A stretch of DNA of 63,401 nucleotides, filler included, from Pirum gemmata (lineage: Eukaryota): the NCBI GenBank assembly GCA_002812295.1. It is 17 parts of 17 records of this genome, joined end to end, with 100 filler letters (N's around TTAATTAATTAA, not from the genome) between each part and the next. Parts side by side here need not be neighbours in the genome. Positions count along the whole stretch, not along the records: positions 12,615 to 15,971 come from PDIN01002821.1; positions 16,072 to 19,358 come from PDIN01002822.1; positions 19,459 to 24,990 come from PDIN01002823.1; 14 more parts are not named here. The stretch is one strand, 5' to 3'. The position numbers were made by a program, and so were the translations under genes. Below are positions 13,320-25,090 of the stretch, piece after piece. Position 1 is the stretch's first letter; every line of letters starts with the position of its first letter. The notes beneath the pieces were generated by a model. It had not been told where the DNA came from, did not search any database, and saw nothing but the letters and a program-made list of their open reading frames with translations.

Positions 13320-13560
13320 ACAGATTATACTTAGCTATAGCAACAATCATGATGACTCCAAAAGATAAAGAGAAACTAGAAATAATACAAAACAAGGCAA
13401 TGAATGCACTTGATAGCAAAAGTAGGCCAAATTGACAGAATCGAAATAGAAGACCTAGTATTAATACAGCTAACCAACCTCACAACGATAAAACAACGCT
13501 CACTCCAGATGATTCACAAACTACAGCTACCTCCAACAAGCAACAACGTTAACCCACAAT
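13320..13560 (+). pseudogene. Degenerate LINE ORF2 C-terminal relic
   Basis: KLEIIQNKAM resembles the post-RT LxxIQNKALR motif of jockey/I-type LINEs; same A/C-rich sense bias as the LINE at 31916-34737; frameshifted. Confidence 0.45.
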
Positions 13561-13877
13561 GAAATAATATTAATAATATCTATTAATACAATGTTAATTA
13601 ATTAATATTAAAATAAGAGACTATCACCACAATGGTATTATAAATTGCAACAAACCACCAACAACACTAATTGGCATCTTTTAGTCTTAATATAATGAAT
13701 CAAAAGATTTTGAAAACAAAGAATATATTACTACAAAAGAAAAAGTAATATAAAATGGGTATGAAATGAAAAAAGAAATGAATACAAGACTTAATGACGT
13801 CAATGTGCCTTCTAATAACCAATATTTACAATAAAATTCGAAAGCAGGGGTGCTAAACACGTGTATAAATAATATAT

Positions 13878-14064
13878 ATCGTGCTTTTCATTTATTTTGT
13901 TACTCGGAATATTTATTTGGAGGGTTATAATCTTTAAAATGACATTTTTAAATCAATAAATAGATAATAAAATAAACCTAATTAAATTAAATGGATTTAT
14001 ATTGTTTTTATTTGGTACTCTTTATTGTACATTTTATGCTAACAAAACACCTGAAAAGCACTAT
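13878..14064 (+). mobile_element. MITE family B (187-188 bp)
   Basis: Consensus TIR ATCGTGCTTTTCA...TGAAAAGCACGAT. Full copies at 30056-30243 and 39985-40171; partial at 8884-8938, 14367-14441, 56013-56174. Confidence 0.88.
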
Positions 14065-14618
14065 AGTCTATATTAATTAATATCACAACTATCACAAACC
14101 TACTCTACTTGAAATTGTGTCCACTTCTTCAGTTAGGGGGTAATATTCTTACTTCTACTATATAATTTATTTCATTTACCCCTTTTTGTTATTTATAATT
14201 GGTATTACTCGATGGGTAATTTAATGTGTATTGTAACTATAGTTGTTGTACAAAACCGTTATAAATTATATCCATAAATATAATAAATTATCGCATAATC
14301 ACCCAAATTCCGCGCAATTCATTGCCAAAAAGGAGTATTGAAAAGGGGTAATATAATATTTAAATTGATACTTTTAAATAAATAAATATATTTATATTAT
14401 ATTAATTTTATTTTATGATGACAAAACCACTGAAAAATACTTTATTATTAATACTATTAAAATACACAGTCTGACTATATTAATACTACGCAATAAAAAA
14501 ATTATTCCTATATTTTATCCTATCTATGTTAAAAACCTGGAGACAACCCAAGTTTAACATAAGAAGGCTTCAAGGTCCTCATCTCTTAGTAGATATCTCC
14601 CGATACAATCCCTGAACA

Positions 14619-14957
14619 GGTTAGGGTTAGGGTTGGGTTTAGGGTTAGGGTTAGGGTTAGGGTTAGGGTTAGGGTTAGGGTTAGGGTTAGGGTTAGGGTT
14701 ANNNNNNNNNNNNNNNNNNNNNNNNNNNNNNNNNNNNNNNNNNNNNNNNNNNNNNNNNNNNNNNNNNNNNNNNNNNNNNNNNNNNNNNNNNNNNNNNNNN
14801 NNNNNNNNNNNNNNNNNNNNNNNNNNNNNNNNNNNNNNNNNNNNNNNGGGTTAGGGTTAGGGTTAGGGTTAGGGTTAGGGTTAGGGTTAGGGTTAGGGTT
14901 AAGGTTAGGGTTAGGGTTAGGGTTAGGGTTAGGGTTAGGGTTAGGGTTAGGGTTAGG
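14619..14957 (+). repeat. Interstitial (TTAGGG)n with internal gap; opposite (CCCTAA)n at 15900-15971
   Basis: Read directly; the array abuts a family G terminus at 14958. Confidence 0.95.
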
Positions 14958-15097
14958 GGCTTCTCCCAATTCAGCTTTGTTTAAAAAAATCAAGTTTTCG
15001 AGCCTATGCATTATTTAAATAAGTTCGAAAATTTTAAGCTAACAGTTAATTAAGTATTCCAGTATATTTATTTATTTATAGGCATTCTCTAGCGTGT

Positions 15098-15572
15098 GCT
15101 TCTTGTGATCATTACTGCCCCAGTTTTGATCTTCTACCCAGTAGCATACAGCCGGTACCAAGCCATCAGTGAGATAATAAATTTCATGTCGTAAAGCCCT
15201 TTCACCTTCCTCTTTGACCGCGTTCTTCAAGTCAGCTTTCCACTGTTCATTTTGGGAACACAGCTTGTAGGCTCGTCCGCAAAGGCCATACATATTTTTC
15301 GCTACTCTGATGTTCTTGTACCGGCTATATGCTACTGGGTAGAAGATCAAAACTGGGGCAGTAATGATCACAAGAAGCTGGTAAAGGCCAGGAAAGACAA
15401 AACTGAGTTGACGAATGCTCAAATGAAAACGTTGGATGACACCTTAAAGAAGGCGTCAGGCATTGATTGTCAGGCAGTGTTGCTGCTGACGAATTATTGG
15501 AGCCGTATGGACATACGGCGGACCTACCTTTATTTTCAGGCTGAAATTCTCGAGAAGCTTGCTGAGTGTTAA
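15098..15572 (+). pseudogene. GC-rich coding cassette with inverted 5' half between 61-bp inverted repeats; unknown protein
   Basis: 15098-15158 is the reverse complement of 15318-15378 (1 mismatch). The minus ORF 15072-15422 and plus ORF 15252-15572 share VPA(V/I)CYWVEDQNWGSNDHKK. Confidence 0.65.
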
Positions 15573-16161
15573 ATGGTAGTTTCAGCGTTTGCAGCAATTA
15601 TTTATTTTGTTTTATGAAATAATATTAAATAATAATAATAATAATAATAAAAACATGTTTCACTTAAAATTTTACATAAATTATAACTTATTTATTTATT
15701 TACTTTTATTAAGGATATTTTATAAATAAACTTATTTACTTAGTTTATTGATCAAGTTTTTTTTGTTTGTTTAATAAACATTACTCAACTAGAGACTTTA
15801 ATATTGGATATTATTCCATAATGCGATTTTACATGCTATCTTGAAAGGTTGGTTGTTTGAGAGATTTAATAACTAGCACCTTTAATATTCTACGGTATAC
15901 CCCTAACCCTAACCCTAACCCTAACCCTAACCCTAACCCTAATCCTGCCCTTACCCTTACCCCTACCCCTANNNNNNNNNNNNNNNNNNNNNNNNNNNNN
16001 NNNNNNNNNNNNNNNTTAATTAATTAANNNNNNNNNNNNNNNNNNNNNNNNNNNNNNNNNNNNNNNNNNNNATAATAATAATAATAATTAATTAATAATA
16101 AGCTTAAGAACAACAACAACAACATAATAATAATAATAAAATTAATAATAAGCTTAAGAAC

Positions 16162-16192
<31 letters not shown>

Positions 16193-16245
16193 GCGACAAC
16201 GACAACAACAACGACAACAACAACAACAACAACAATTTCAAAACA

Positions 16246-16280
<35 letters not shown>

Positions 16281-16284
<4 letters not shown>

Positions 16285-18059
16285 CGATTACTACTACCAC
16301 TACTCAAATAACCTTGGTAACACTACTATTAGCCACACTTTGCCAAGCAAATTTACATTTTTTATTTGGAGAATACCAACCCCGTCACGACCATTACCAA
16401 TGCACCTCAGTTACCTACGATAACCGTCGTGATTGCGGTTTCTGGCTCAATAAAGACGAATACGGAACAGTAGTTTCAAACAAACAAAATTGTGAAGCAA
16501 AAGGCTGTTGTTGGGATGATTCTAGTAAAAGTCCCAACTATTGTTATGCACCTCAAACTAGTTTCCCGCCTCATTTAAGTGAACAATGTATGGCAATGGA
16601 AGTTACCACTACTAAAACTGAAGATTGTGCAGAAGATAACGATAACATCACCCCAGCTGAATGTGAAGACCGTGGTTGTTGTTGGCGTCGAATAGATAAT
16701 ACTGGTAAGATTAAAACGGATGAACCTTGGTGTTATTTTCCTGATGAAACAGCATCGTCGGTTCGTAAACCGGAAATGGTGACTTTGATGAAAGAAATTG
16801 ATCAATGTACAATAGTCGTCAATCAAAAAGATAAACTAGCGTGTCATTTTGATTATAGAGAAAACGATAGTTTAGAACAAAACCGCAAACGTTGTCTAGA
16901 GACGTCAGATTGTTGTTGGGAACCTGTAAGAAATGACAAAACACAAACCATACCTTGGTGCTATGATATTTCACAGCAAAAGTTAAATTTAAAAAATTTA
17001 AATATACCTGCTGTTAATAAGAATGGAAATACTGTACCATTCACTCCAGGATTAGTTAAAACTCCACCGGCAAAAAAACCGTCTCATACACCATCATTCT
17101 CAAACCCAAGGGCATCATCTACCCCACCAACTAGACCATCTACCCCACCAACTAGACCACGTACACCACCTAGACATCCATCTACACCAACACTAATTGA
17201 ACCAATTACCCCTCTATCAACCAGACCATTTACACCATCTAGACCAGTGGCACCTCCGATTACACCACCATCCACCCAACCACTTAATAAAGTTGATCGT
17301 ACGTCTCCATCTACACTACCATCATCATCATCACCATCACCACCACCACCACTACCACCATCACCACTATCACCACTATCACGCCAACCGAGTGAAAAAC
17401 AAACTACTGCAAAAAATGTTTTAAAGAAGGCTGCAGTAGGAGGTTTGATAATTTTCGGGACCGCAGCTGTAAGTTATGGAGTATCTCTCCTTGCGCCGTA
17501 TGTCACACCATTGTTCACACCGGCAGTTGTTGCTCCGGCAGTTGCTCCGGTAGTTGCTCCGGCAGTTGCTCCGGTAGTTGCTCCGGCAGTTGTTCCGGCA
17601 GTACAACCAGCAGTACAACCAGCAGTACAACAAGCAGTACAACCAGCAGTACAACCAGCAGTACAACCAGCAGTACAACCACCTCAAGTGAAACCACCTC
17701 AAGTACCACAACCACAACCACAACCACAACCACAACCACAACAAGCTAATATAGATTCACTACAAGTAGAAGCTATACAAAATGATAAAGCTGATGATAA
17801 TTCCGTTGTTTATATTGCAGCCGGGGCTTCGGCCGGGGCTGCTTTTCTAGGTCTAATTGGTGCCGTAGCTTACGTCAAACGTAGCTATCTTTTTGCAAAC
17901 TTAGGCGGCTCAAAGAATTTTGCTATTGTGACTTCTGGGGGAGAAAATCCCTTACATGTCGATGACGTTGTTACAGGCGAAAACACACTTTATACTCATG
18001 AATCAGCTAAAAGCTTGAGAAATGATCCAGGAGATGTACTTTTGTTCAATAATATTTAA
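16281..18059 (+). CDS. Trefoil (P-type) domain membrane mucin-like protein
   Basis: Signal peptide; three C..C..C..CCW..(W/Y)CY trefoil domains (~16401-16965); Pro/Thr/Ser stalk; PAVA/PAVQ repeats; TM helix (VVYIAAGASAGAAFLGLIGAVAYV-KR); tail with ENPLH and ENTLY. Confidence 0.88.
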
Positions 18060-18191
18060 ATAATAATAATAATAATAATAATATATAATTGTGATGATAA
18101 AAATAAATATAGTAAATGATAAATAATAAATAATAATAAATAATAATAAATAATTGTAATAAGATTTAATAATAAATAAATTAATTTTTTT

Positions 18192-18316
18192 TTGTTACAA
18201 GCGAAAACACACTTTATACTCACGAATCAGCTAAAAGCTTGAGAAATGATCCAGGAGATATACTTTTGTTCAATAATATTTAAATAATAATAATAATAAT
18301 AATAATATATAATTGT
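18192..18316 (+). repeat. Direct duplicate of the trefoil gene 3' end (17968-18092)
   Basis: ~125-bp copy including the stop codon, with 3 visible substitutions. Confidence 0.9.
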
Positions 18317-18882
18317 AATAATAAATAAATTAATTTTTTTGATTTTAAAAAAAAACAAATTGATGATTATGATGAAATAATAAATAGCAAATAATAATAA
18401 AACATAATATTATATTATATTATATATTATACATATTATATTATATATTATTATATGTGTATTAATACAACGATCATCTTAACTAGCTTAAAATTACGGT
18501 TTTTGAATCTTTTCAATCATTAATATTGCTACCTTACGACGTGCGTTTTGTCAAAAATAGACTATTGTTCTTAATTTTGCACCAAAAACCACGTTTAATC
18601 AGTATTTATGTACTCATTTTTCAAACAAAGTTCCTGACTTTGAAAAGAATGAAGTATGGAAAAACGTTACTATTAATAACAAATTATGATGCTGATTACA
18701 ATTGTTTCGCCAATTTTTGACAACCGTTGCAAGCAATTATCATCATGCATTTTTTTTCTTTTTCTTTTTCAGAAAGTGGAGGTTTAGTAAATTTGAGTAC
18801 TAGCACCTTTTTTTGGATTCTGGTACTTTATCTTGTGGATATTGAATCGAATTGTTGATTGTTTTTGGAATCATCTGTCACA

Positions 18883-19065
18883 CTAACCCTAACCCTAACC
18901 CTAACCCTAACCCTAACCCCAACCCCAACCCTAACCTTAAACCCTAACCCTAACCTTAACCCTAACCTTAACCCTAACCCTAACCCTAACCCTAACAGTT
19001 CCCTAACCCTAACCCTAACCCTAACCCTAACCCTAACCCTAACCCTAACCCTAACCCTAACCCTA
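18883..19065 (-). repeat. Interstitial (CCCTAA)n array inside a 35-bp inverted repeat
   Basis: 18637-18671 is the reverse complement of 19066-19100 (1 mismatch). Confidence 0.9.
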
Positions 19066-19322
19066 AGTAACGTTTTTCCATGCTTCATTCTTTTCAAAGT
19101 GACGTATGATATAAGGAATTGATGAATTTAATTTTCGACCCGCCTTTTCTAACTGGTAATAGGACCTTGGTAATCTAAAGACTCTAACTTACAATCTGGC
19201 CCACGTAGATTTAAAAATTTAAAAAATTGGGATGATCTCTTCTTATTTCCCGATTGTTAAAAGTAATTAAGTACTAAATAGTAAAAATATTGGCTATTTT
19301 TAAATTAAGGTTAGGGTTATAT

Positions 19323-19358
<36 letters not shown>

Positions 19359-19458
19359 NNNNNNNNNNNNNNNNNNNNNNNNNNNNNNNNNNNNNNNNNN
19401 NNTTAATTAATTAANNNNNNNNNNNNNNNNNNNNNNNNNNNNNNNNNNNNNNNNNNNN

Positions 19459-19489
<31 letters not shown>

Positions 19490-19666
19490 TTTGTTTGTCT
19501 GGTTGGTTGGCTTGGTTCGGTTTGGTCTGGTTTTTTGTTTTTTTGTTTTGTATTAATTTTTTTTCTTTTATTTCCTTTTTTTGCTTTTTGCTTTTTTTCC
19601 TTTATCCTTTTGTTTTTGTGCTTTTGTTTTGTTTTTGTTTTTATTTTTGTTTTGTTTTGCTTGTAG

Positions 19667-20873
19667 AATTGCCGAAGAAGAAGATGCCAAGCTATCCCGT
19701 AATATTTCGTCCTACGGAAGGAAATCCAGCATTAACAACTCCGCACCTTTGCACAGACAAGGTAGCAGAACTAGCAGTGGAAAAATGACTACTAAAGTTG
19801 ATTTGAAATTCTTAGATAACGATGACGGTGATGATGATGATGATGATGATGATCGGGATTGGTTTGGTAATGGTAGTGCAAGTAAAGACCAAGTTTTTCC
19901 TGCTTCTACCTCTACTGTAAACAAAAAAAGTCAACTATTGTTTGGTGATGATGATGATGATGATGATTTTGATGGGTTTTTAAATAATGTACGAGCTTCT
20001 TCCCTTAAAGGTTCTGCTGAGCCAAGTATTAATGATGTTTTGTTTAAAGATAATGTTAGTGTTAATAGTGGAATTGGTCTACAAAATAATAATACTAATA
20101 GCAATAATAATGATAATAATGATAATACCAATAATGGTGTTATGAATAATTTTGATAGTAACATAAGCATAAACAACAGTAATAATAATGATAATAATGA
20201 TAATAATGATAATAATAATAAAAATAATAACAGTGATAATAATAATAATGATAATAATAATAATAATAATGATAATAATAATAGTAATTTATTTAATGGT
20301 ATTGATGATAGTGAGAACTTTGACTTGGATGATAATAACAAAAATAATAAGGGTAAAAATAAGGATACGGATAGTCTTGACCTTGAGATTGAGAATGTGA
20401 CATACAATCAACAACAGCAAGAAACTGGCACAACTAGTAAAACACCAGATGATGTCAAAGCCATCATTAATACAAACAGAACTCCTAGTCCTAATCTTTT
20501 TAAAAGTGATGACGATAATGAAGACAGGGGACCTCCCCCACTAGATATGCCTTTCAACAATGAAAAACAAGGTGTTAGTCAACCCATTTTACCCCCTTTA
20601 CAAAACGAAAATGAAGGCTTTGCTCATAATAAAAAAGAAGCCGAAACTAACTTCGATCATCAAGAAAAAGAAAAGGAAATTGAAACTTTCAAAACCGAGC
20701 CAAGTTTTGAAAATAAGGAGGGGGTTGAGGTACCTGACCTACCAGAAATTGATGATTTTGATTTTGGTGATGGTGAATGGGATGATGGCAGTCAAGCTAC
20801 GGCTAACATGCAATCCTTACTCAATGCATCCGCTAGTCAAAATGACGATATCAACGATTTTGATGGTTTTTAA
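19667..20873 (+). CDS. Terminal exon of an acidic, Asn/Asp-rich disordered protein
   Basis: T-rich tract ending ttgtag (AG at 19665-19666), then ~400 open codons to TAA. The ORF track's hydrophobic N-terminus is intron sequence. Confidence 0.75.
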
Positions 20874-21071
20874 AAGTTTGTACTATACTTCTTTTATTTC
20901 CTTATTTGACATAATTAGAACCTTAAAAGGTATTTATTTATTTTAACTTTAATTCCTTATTGGTGTATTTTAATTGAACAAAATTAGGTATTTTATTTAT
21001 TTTAACTTTAATTCCTTATTAATGTATTTTAATTGAACAAAATGACTGTAGATTGAATTTTACTAAAAAAA

Positions 21072-21300
21072 AACAGCCAAGCAGGATAAAATTAGCTATG
21101 AAATTGTAGGAATCATTTTTTTTATCATAGACTTCTTTAATGCTAACTAGCCAAATTATTTTTGAAAAATGGCCATTGGTTACTAATAGACTTTTCTTAG
21201 TTAGACAATTTCTCAAATTTTGGTAGCACTTTCATTAAAATTGGAGCATTTTTAGATTTTTTTGGATTTTCGAGTCGCAATTTTTATAAGCAGCTTTGCT
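21072..21300 (+). mobile_element. MITE family F (~235 bp)
   Basis: Shared core ctttaatgctaactagccaaattattttt..ccattggtt. Copies at 47670-47910 and 48803-49042, the latter with IR AAGCCGGATAAAA...TTTTATCCGGTTT. Confidence 0.75.
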
Positions 21301-21303
21301 AGA

Positions 21304-21348
<45 letters not shown>

Positions 21349-21659
21349 ACTGAGGATGACGTCATTAATTTCCCTCTCAGTCTACTTTTTTAAGAAGATA
21401 CGCAGCACTTAATAGTAAATTAAAATTGAGAGGGACCAAAATACTAGTTTTCATATATCGTCTATTTCATTATTACAGTTGTCCTCTCAATCTTTAATTT
21501 GGTACCATTTAAGTGTATAATTGAACTTGTTTATGAAATATGACATTAAGTATAAAATACCAAATTAATTAAAAAATGCCTGATAGTAATAATTTGGTAC
21601 TAGACAACATAAGTTATCTTGTTATGTCATACAATACACCCCAATTAAGCTTGCAATTA

Positions 21660-21880
21660 GATGCGGGAAAAACTATCGAATCGAGACTAGTTCGAAATTT
21701 TCGAAATTTTTTGATCTAATTTTAAGTATTGACTCACTTTTGAAAAATACTTAAATTTTTAGAAATTTCATAGAAAAAATTTGAAACTCGAAAAAAAAAG
21801 AATATCATTTCAAAATTGTCACTATTTAATAATTAGGATCGAGCTGTTTGATTCGATTATGTTTTCCCATATCTCCCTGT
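21660..21880 (+). mobile_element. MITE family E, Tc1/mariner-like terminus
   Basis: Long imperfect IRs gatgcgggaaaaac..atcgaatc / gattcgattatgttttcccatatc; right end reads TA-CAGGGAG on the minus strand. Reverse copy at 28085-28313, partial at 49555-49672. Confidence 0.72.
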
Positions 21881-22018
21881 ACGATTGTTACTTGACTTCT
21901 GCTTGAGGATAATATTAAAAAAGTGAAAAGAATAAAGATATACATTATACATGTTGCCATATTAATTAAATCATAATGAATTATAATAATAGCAAATAAT
22001 AATAATAATAATAATAAC

Positions 22019-22082
<64 letters not shown>

Positions 22083-22404
22083 TAACAATAATAATAATAA
22101 CAATAATAATAATTAATAATTAATAATTATTATTATTATTATTATTCTCTTAAGTTTCAGTTAATTCTGGAATTATTGGTGGAGGGAGAACCTTTGGTAG
22201 ACTTGACATTTAGGTAAAGGGAACATTATTATTGTTGCTATTATTATTACGGTTATTATATAGTAAAAATGATAATAATTCATATACTCAAATAGAGGTT
22301 TGTTTTTATTTTAATTATTATTTTATTGGTTTTCTTTAAGCTTAAACTGTTATTTACATATTACAAATATACAAAAAACAATCTTTGACGCACTTTTAAA
22401 TACA

Positions 22405-22798
22405 CTAACCCTAAACCCCATCAACACCAACACTAACATACCCAACCCTAACTTACCCAACCCTTACTTTATCTAACCATAACTTACCCAACCCTTACTT
22501 TATCTAACCATAACTTACCCAACCTAACCCTAGCCTAACCCCTAACCCCTAACCCTAGCCCCTAGCCCCTAACCCCTAGCCTCTAGCCCCTATCCCCTAG
22601 CTAGCTAGCCCCTTAACCCTTAACCCTTAACCAAGACTTTGACCCTTAACGCCTAACCTTCAACCTTTAACCTTTAACCCTTAAACTTTAACCCTTAAAC
22701 TTTAACCCTTAACCCCTAACCCAGACCCTAACCCCTAACCCAGACCCTAACCCCTAACCCAGACCCTAACCCCTAANNNNNNNNNNNNNNNNNNNNNN

Positions 22799-22847
<49 letters not shown>

Positions 22848-23280
22848 GTACATGTTTTTTGTGGATCCTATCAGATATTAATGTATCGTCTATTTCATTA
22901 GTTGTTCTCTCAAATTTAATTTGGTACTATTTAAGTGTATAATTGATTTTTTTTTAAAATAAAATAAACCTTAATTTTACCTTTCAACACTGATTTTATA
23001 ACCCTAACCTTGCTTTTAGTTAGTGTTAAGTTAGGAACAAGGTTGTGTTAGGATCACGTCAGGGTTGGCTTTAGGGTCGGATTAGCGTTGGGGTTAGCGT
23101 TGGGGTTAGCGTTGGGTCTGGGGTTAGCGTTGGGGTTAGCGTTGGGTCTGGGGTTAGCGTTGGGTCTGGGGTTAGCATTGGGTCTGGGGTTAGCATTGGG
23201 TCTGGGGTTAGAGATAGTTAGGTTTAGTTAGGGTTAATCAGGGTTAGGGTTAGGGTTAGGGTTAAGTTTGGATTAAGGTT
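22405..23280. repeat. Opposed telomere-variant arrays: CCCTAA-type 22405-22776, TTAGGG-type 23060-23280
   Basis: 7-mer variants (CCCCTAA, CCCTTAA); cccagaccc in the left array is complementary to gggtctggg in the right array. Confidence 0.85.
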
Positions 23281-23943
23281 TAATTATAAAATACCGAATT
23301 AATTAAAACATGTCTGATAGTTTTAATATAATAACTATTTGGTACGTTGGTTTCAGTTTTTAAACTGGACAAAACTTAAACAACCCCAACAACCCCAACA
23401 ACCCCACCAACCCTACCAACCCCAACCCCCAATCCCAGACGACCCCATCATCATCATCAACAAAAACACGATAGTAAGACATTGTATTGAACTGTGTGTT
23501 TTTTTTTTTTGTTTGAGGTATTTTTCTTTTATACTGTCAACGTTGTCACCTTTTTTATTTATCTTTTTTAGTATTGCTACTGTTATTGTTATTGTTATAA
23601 TTATCGTTTTTTTTATTACAGTTGTCCTCTCAATCTTTAATTTGTGTATAATTGAACTTGTTTGAAAAATACAACATAAGTCTAAAATACCAAATTAATT
23701 AAAATGGTTTTCCATAATAATAATTTAGTACATTTATTTCAGTTTTTGAACTGGGCAACACTATTGAAAAACATGATATTATTATTAAGAATAGTGGTAA
23801 GTAGTAGTAGTAACGTTGGTATTGGTGCTAGAGTCGTAGTGTTCTTATTATATATTATTAATAAAGCAGCTAATTTGGAATTTCTTTTTTTTTTTTTTGT
23901 TCATTTGTATGTTTTGTTTGTTATCGTAACCGCTTACTTTTAG

Positions 23944-24297
23944 GCTGAAGCTCGATTTGCTGCCCAAGAAAAAAGGTATTATTTATTTTGTTTGGTTTTT
24001 GTTTTCATATATATTATTTGTTTGTTTGTTTGTAAACTCGTCCCTCCCACTCAGACCCGCAATCCATATTTGAAAAGTCTATAACCTGAACACCGTTTTT
24101 TTTTTTTTTTTTTTTTTTTTNNNNNNNNNNNNNNNNNNNNNNNNNNNNNNNNNNNNNNNNNNNNNNNNNNNNNNNNNNNNNNNNNNNNNNNNNNNNNNNN
24201 NNNNNNNNNNNNNNNNNNNNNNNNNNNNNNNNNNNNNNNNNNNNNNNNNNNNNNNNNNNNNNNNNNNNNNNNNNNNNNNNNNNNNNNNNNNNNNNNN

Positions 24298-24342
<45 letters not shown>

Positions 24343-24897
24343 CATTAAGAATATACTAAAATGAACGCCAACGTTGATCTTTGGTTCCAAACCTGACAAT
24401 TCTTAATTCTTTTTGTTACTTCTAATTCTCTACTTGATATAATTATTATCATTTATCTGCCTCATCATCATATTTCGTTATCATCGTATTTATCTTCAGA
24501 AATGAATTAATAAAGTAAATAAAAAAATAAAAAAATAAATGGATAGATAGATAGATAGATGATGGTTGGTTGGACGGACGGATTAACTTGTTTTTCGATT
24601 ATTTTTAAATTAAACCATGGATAATGCTAATCATTAAAATAACAATGTCAATTATTAAAAGATAGACACGTAGTTGAAACTGTTTTAGACTAATAAGTGA
24701 TTAATTATATACCAAAACTATAACTAGCGTATATCTTATTTTTTCATTTCTAACAATTATTATGACCACATAAATTTGCAAAATACCCTCTGCAGGTCTA
24801 ACTGGAGATTCCTTTTATCAGAGAGAGTACCATCTTGATGACGATTTATTAGATGATGTTGAATTCGACATGCTGTTAGGAGATGACGAACCAGACG
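23944..24897 (+). CDS. Two putative small internal exons (23944-23975 AEARFAAQEK; 24796-24897 LTGDSFYQREYHLDDDLLDDVEFDMLLGDDEPD)
   Basis: Each is bounded by AG and GT (ttttag/gtatt; tgcag/gtagt) and open; their phases do not join directly, so an exon may be missing in the gap. Confidence 0.4.
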
Positions 24898-25090
24898 GTA
24901 GTTTTTCAAAATCTGTTTTCCTCTTTTTTTTTCTTTTTTATTTTTTTTTTATTGTTGTAATAATAATAATAATAATAGTAATAATAATAANNNNNNNNNN
25001 NNNNNNNNNNNNNNNNNNNNNNNNNNNNNNNNNNTTAATTAATTAANNNNNNNNNNNNNNNNNNNNNNNNNNNNNNNNNNNNNNNNNNNN

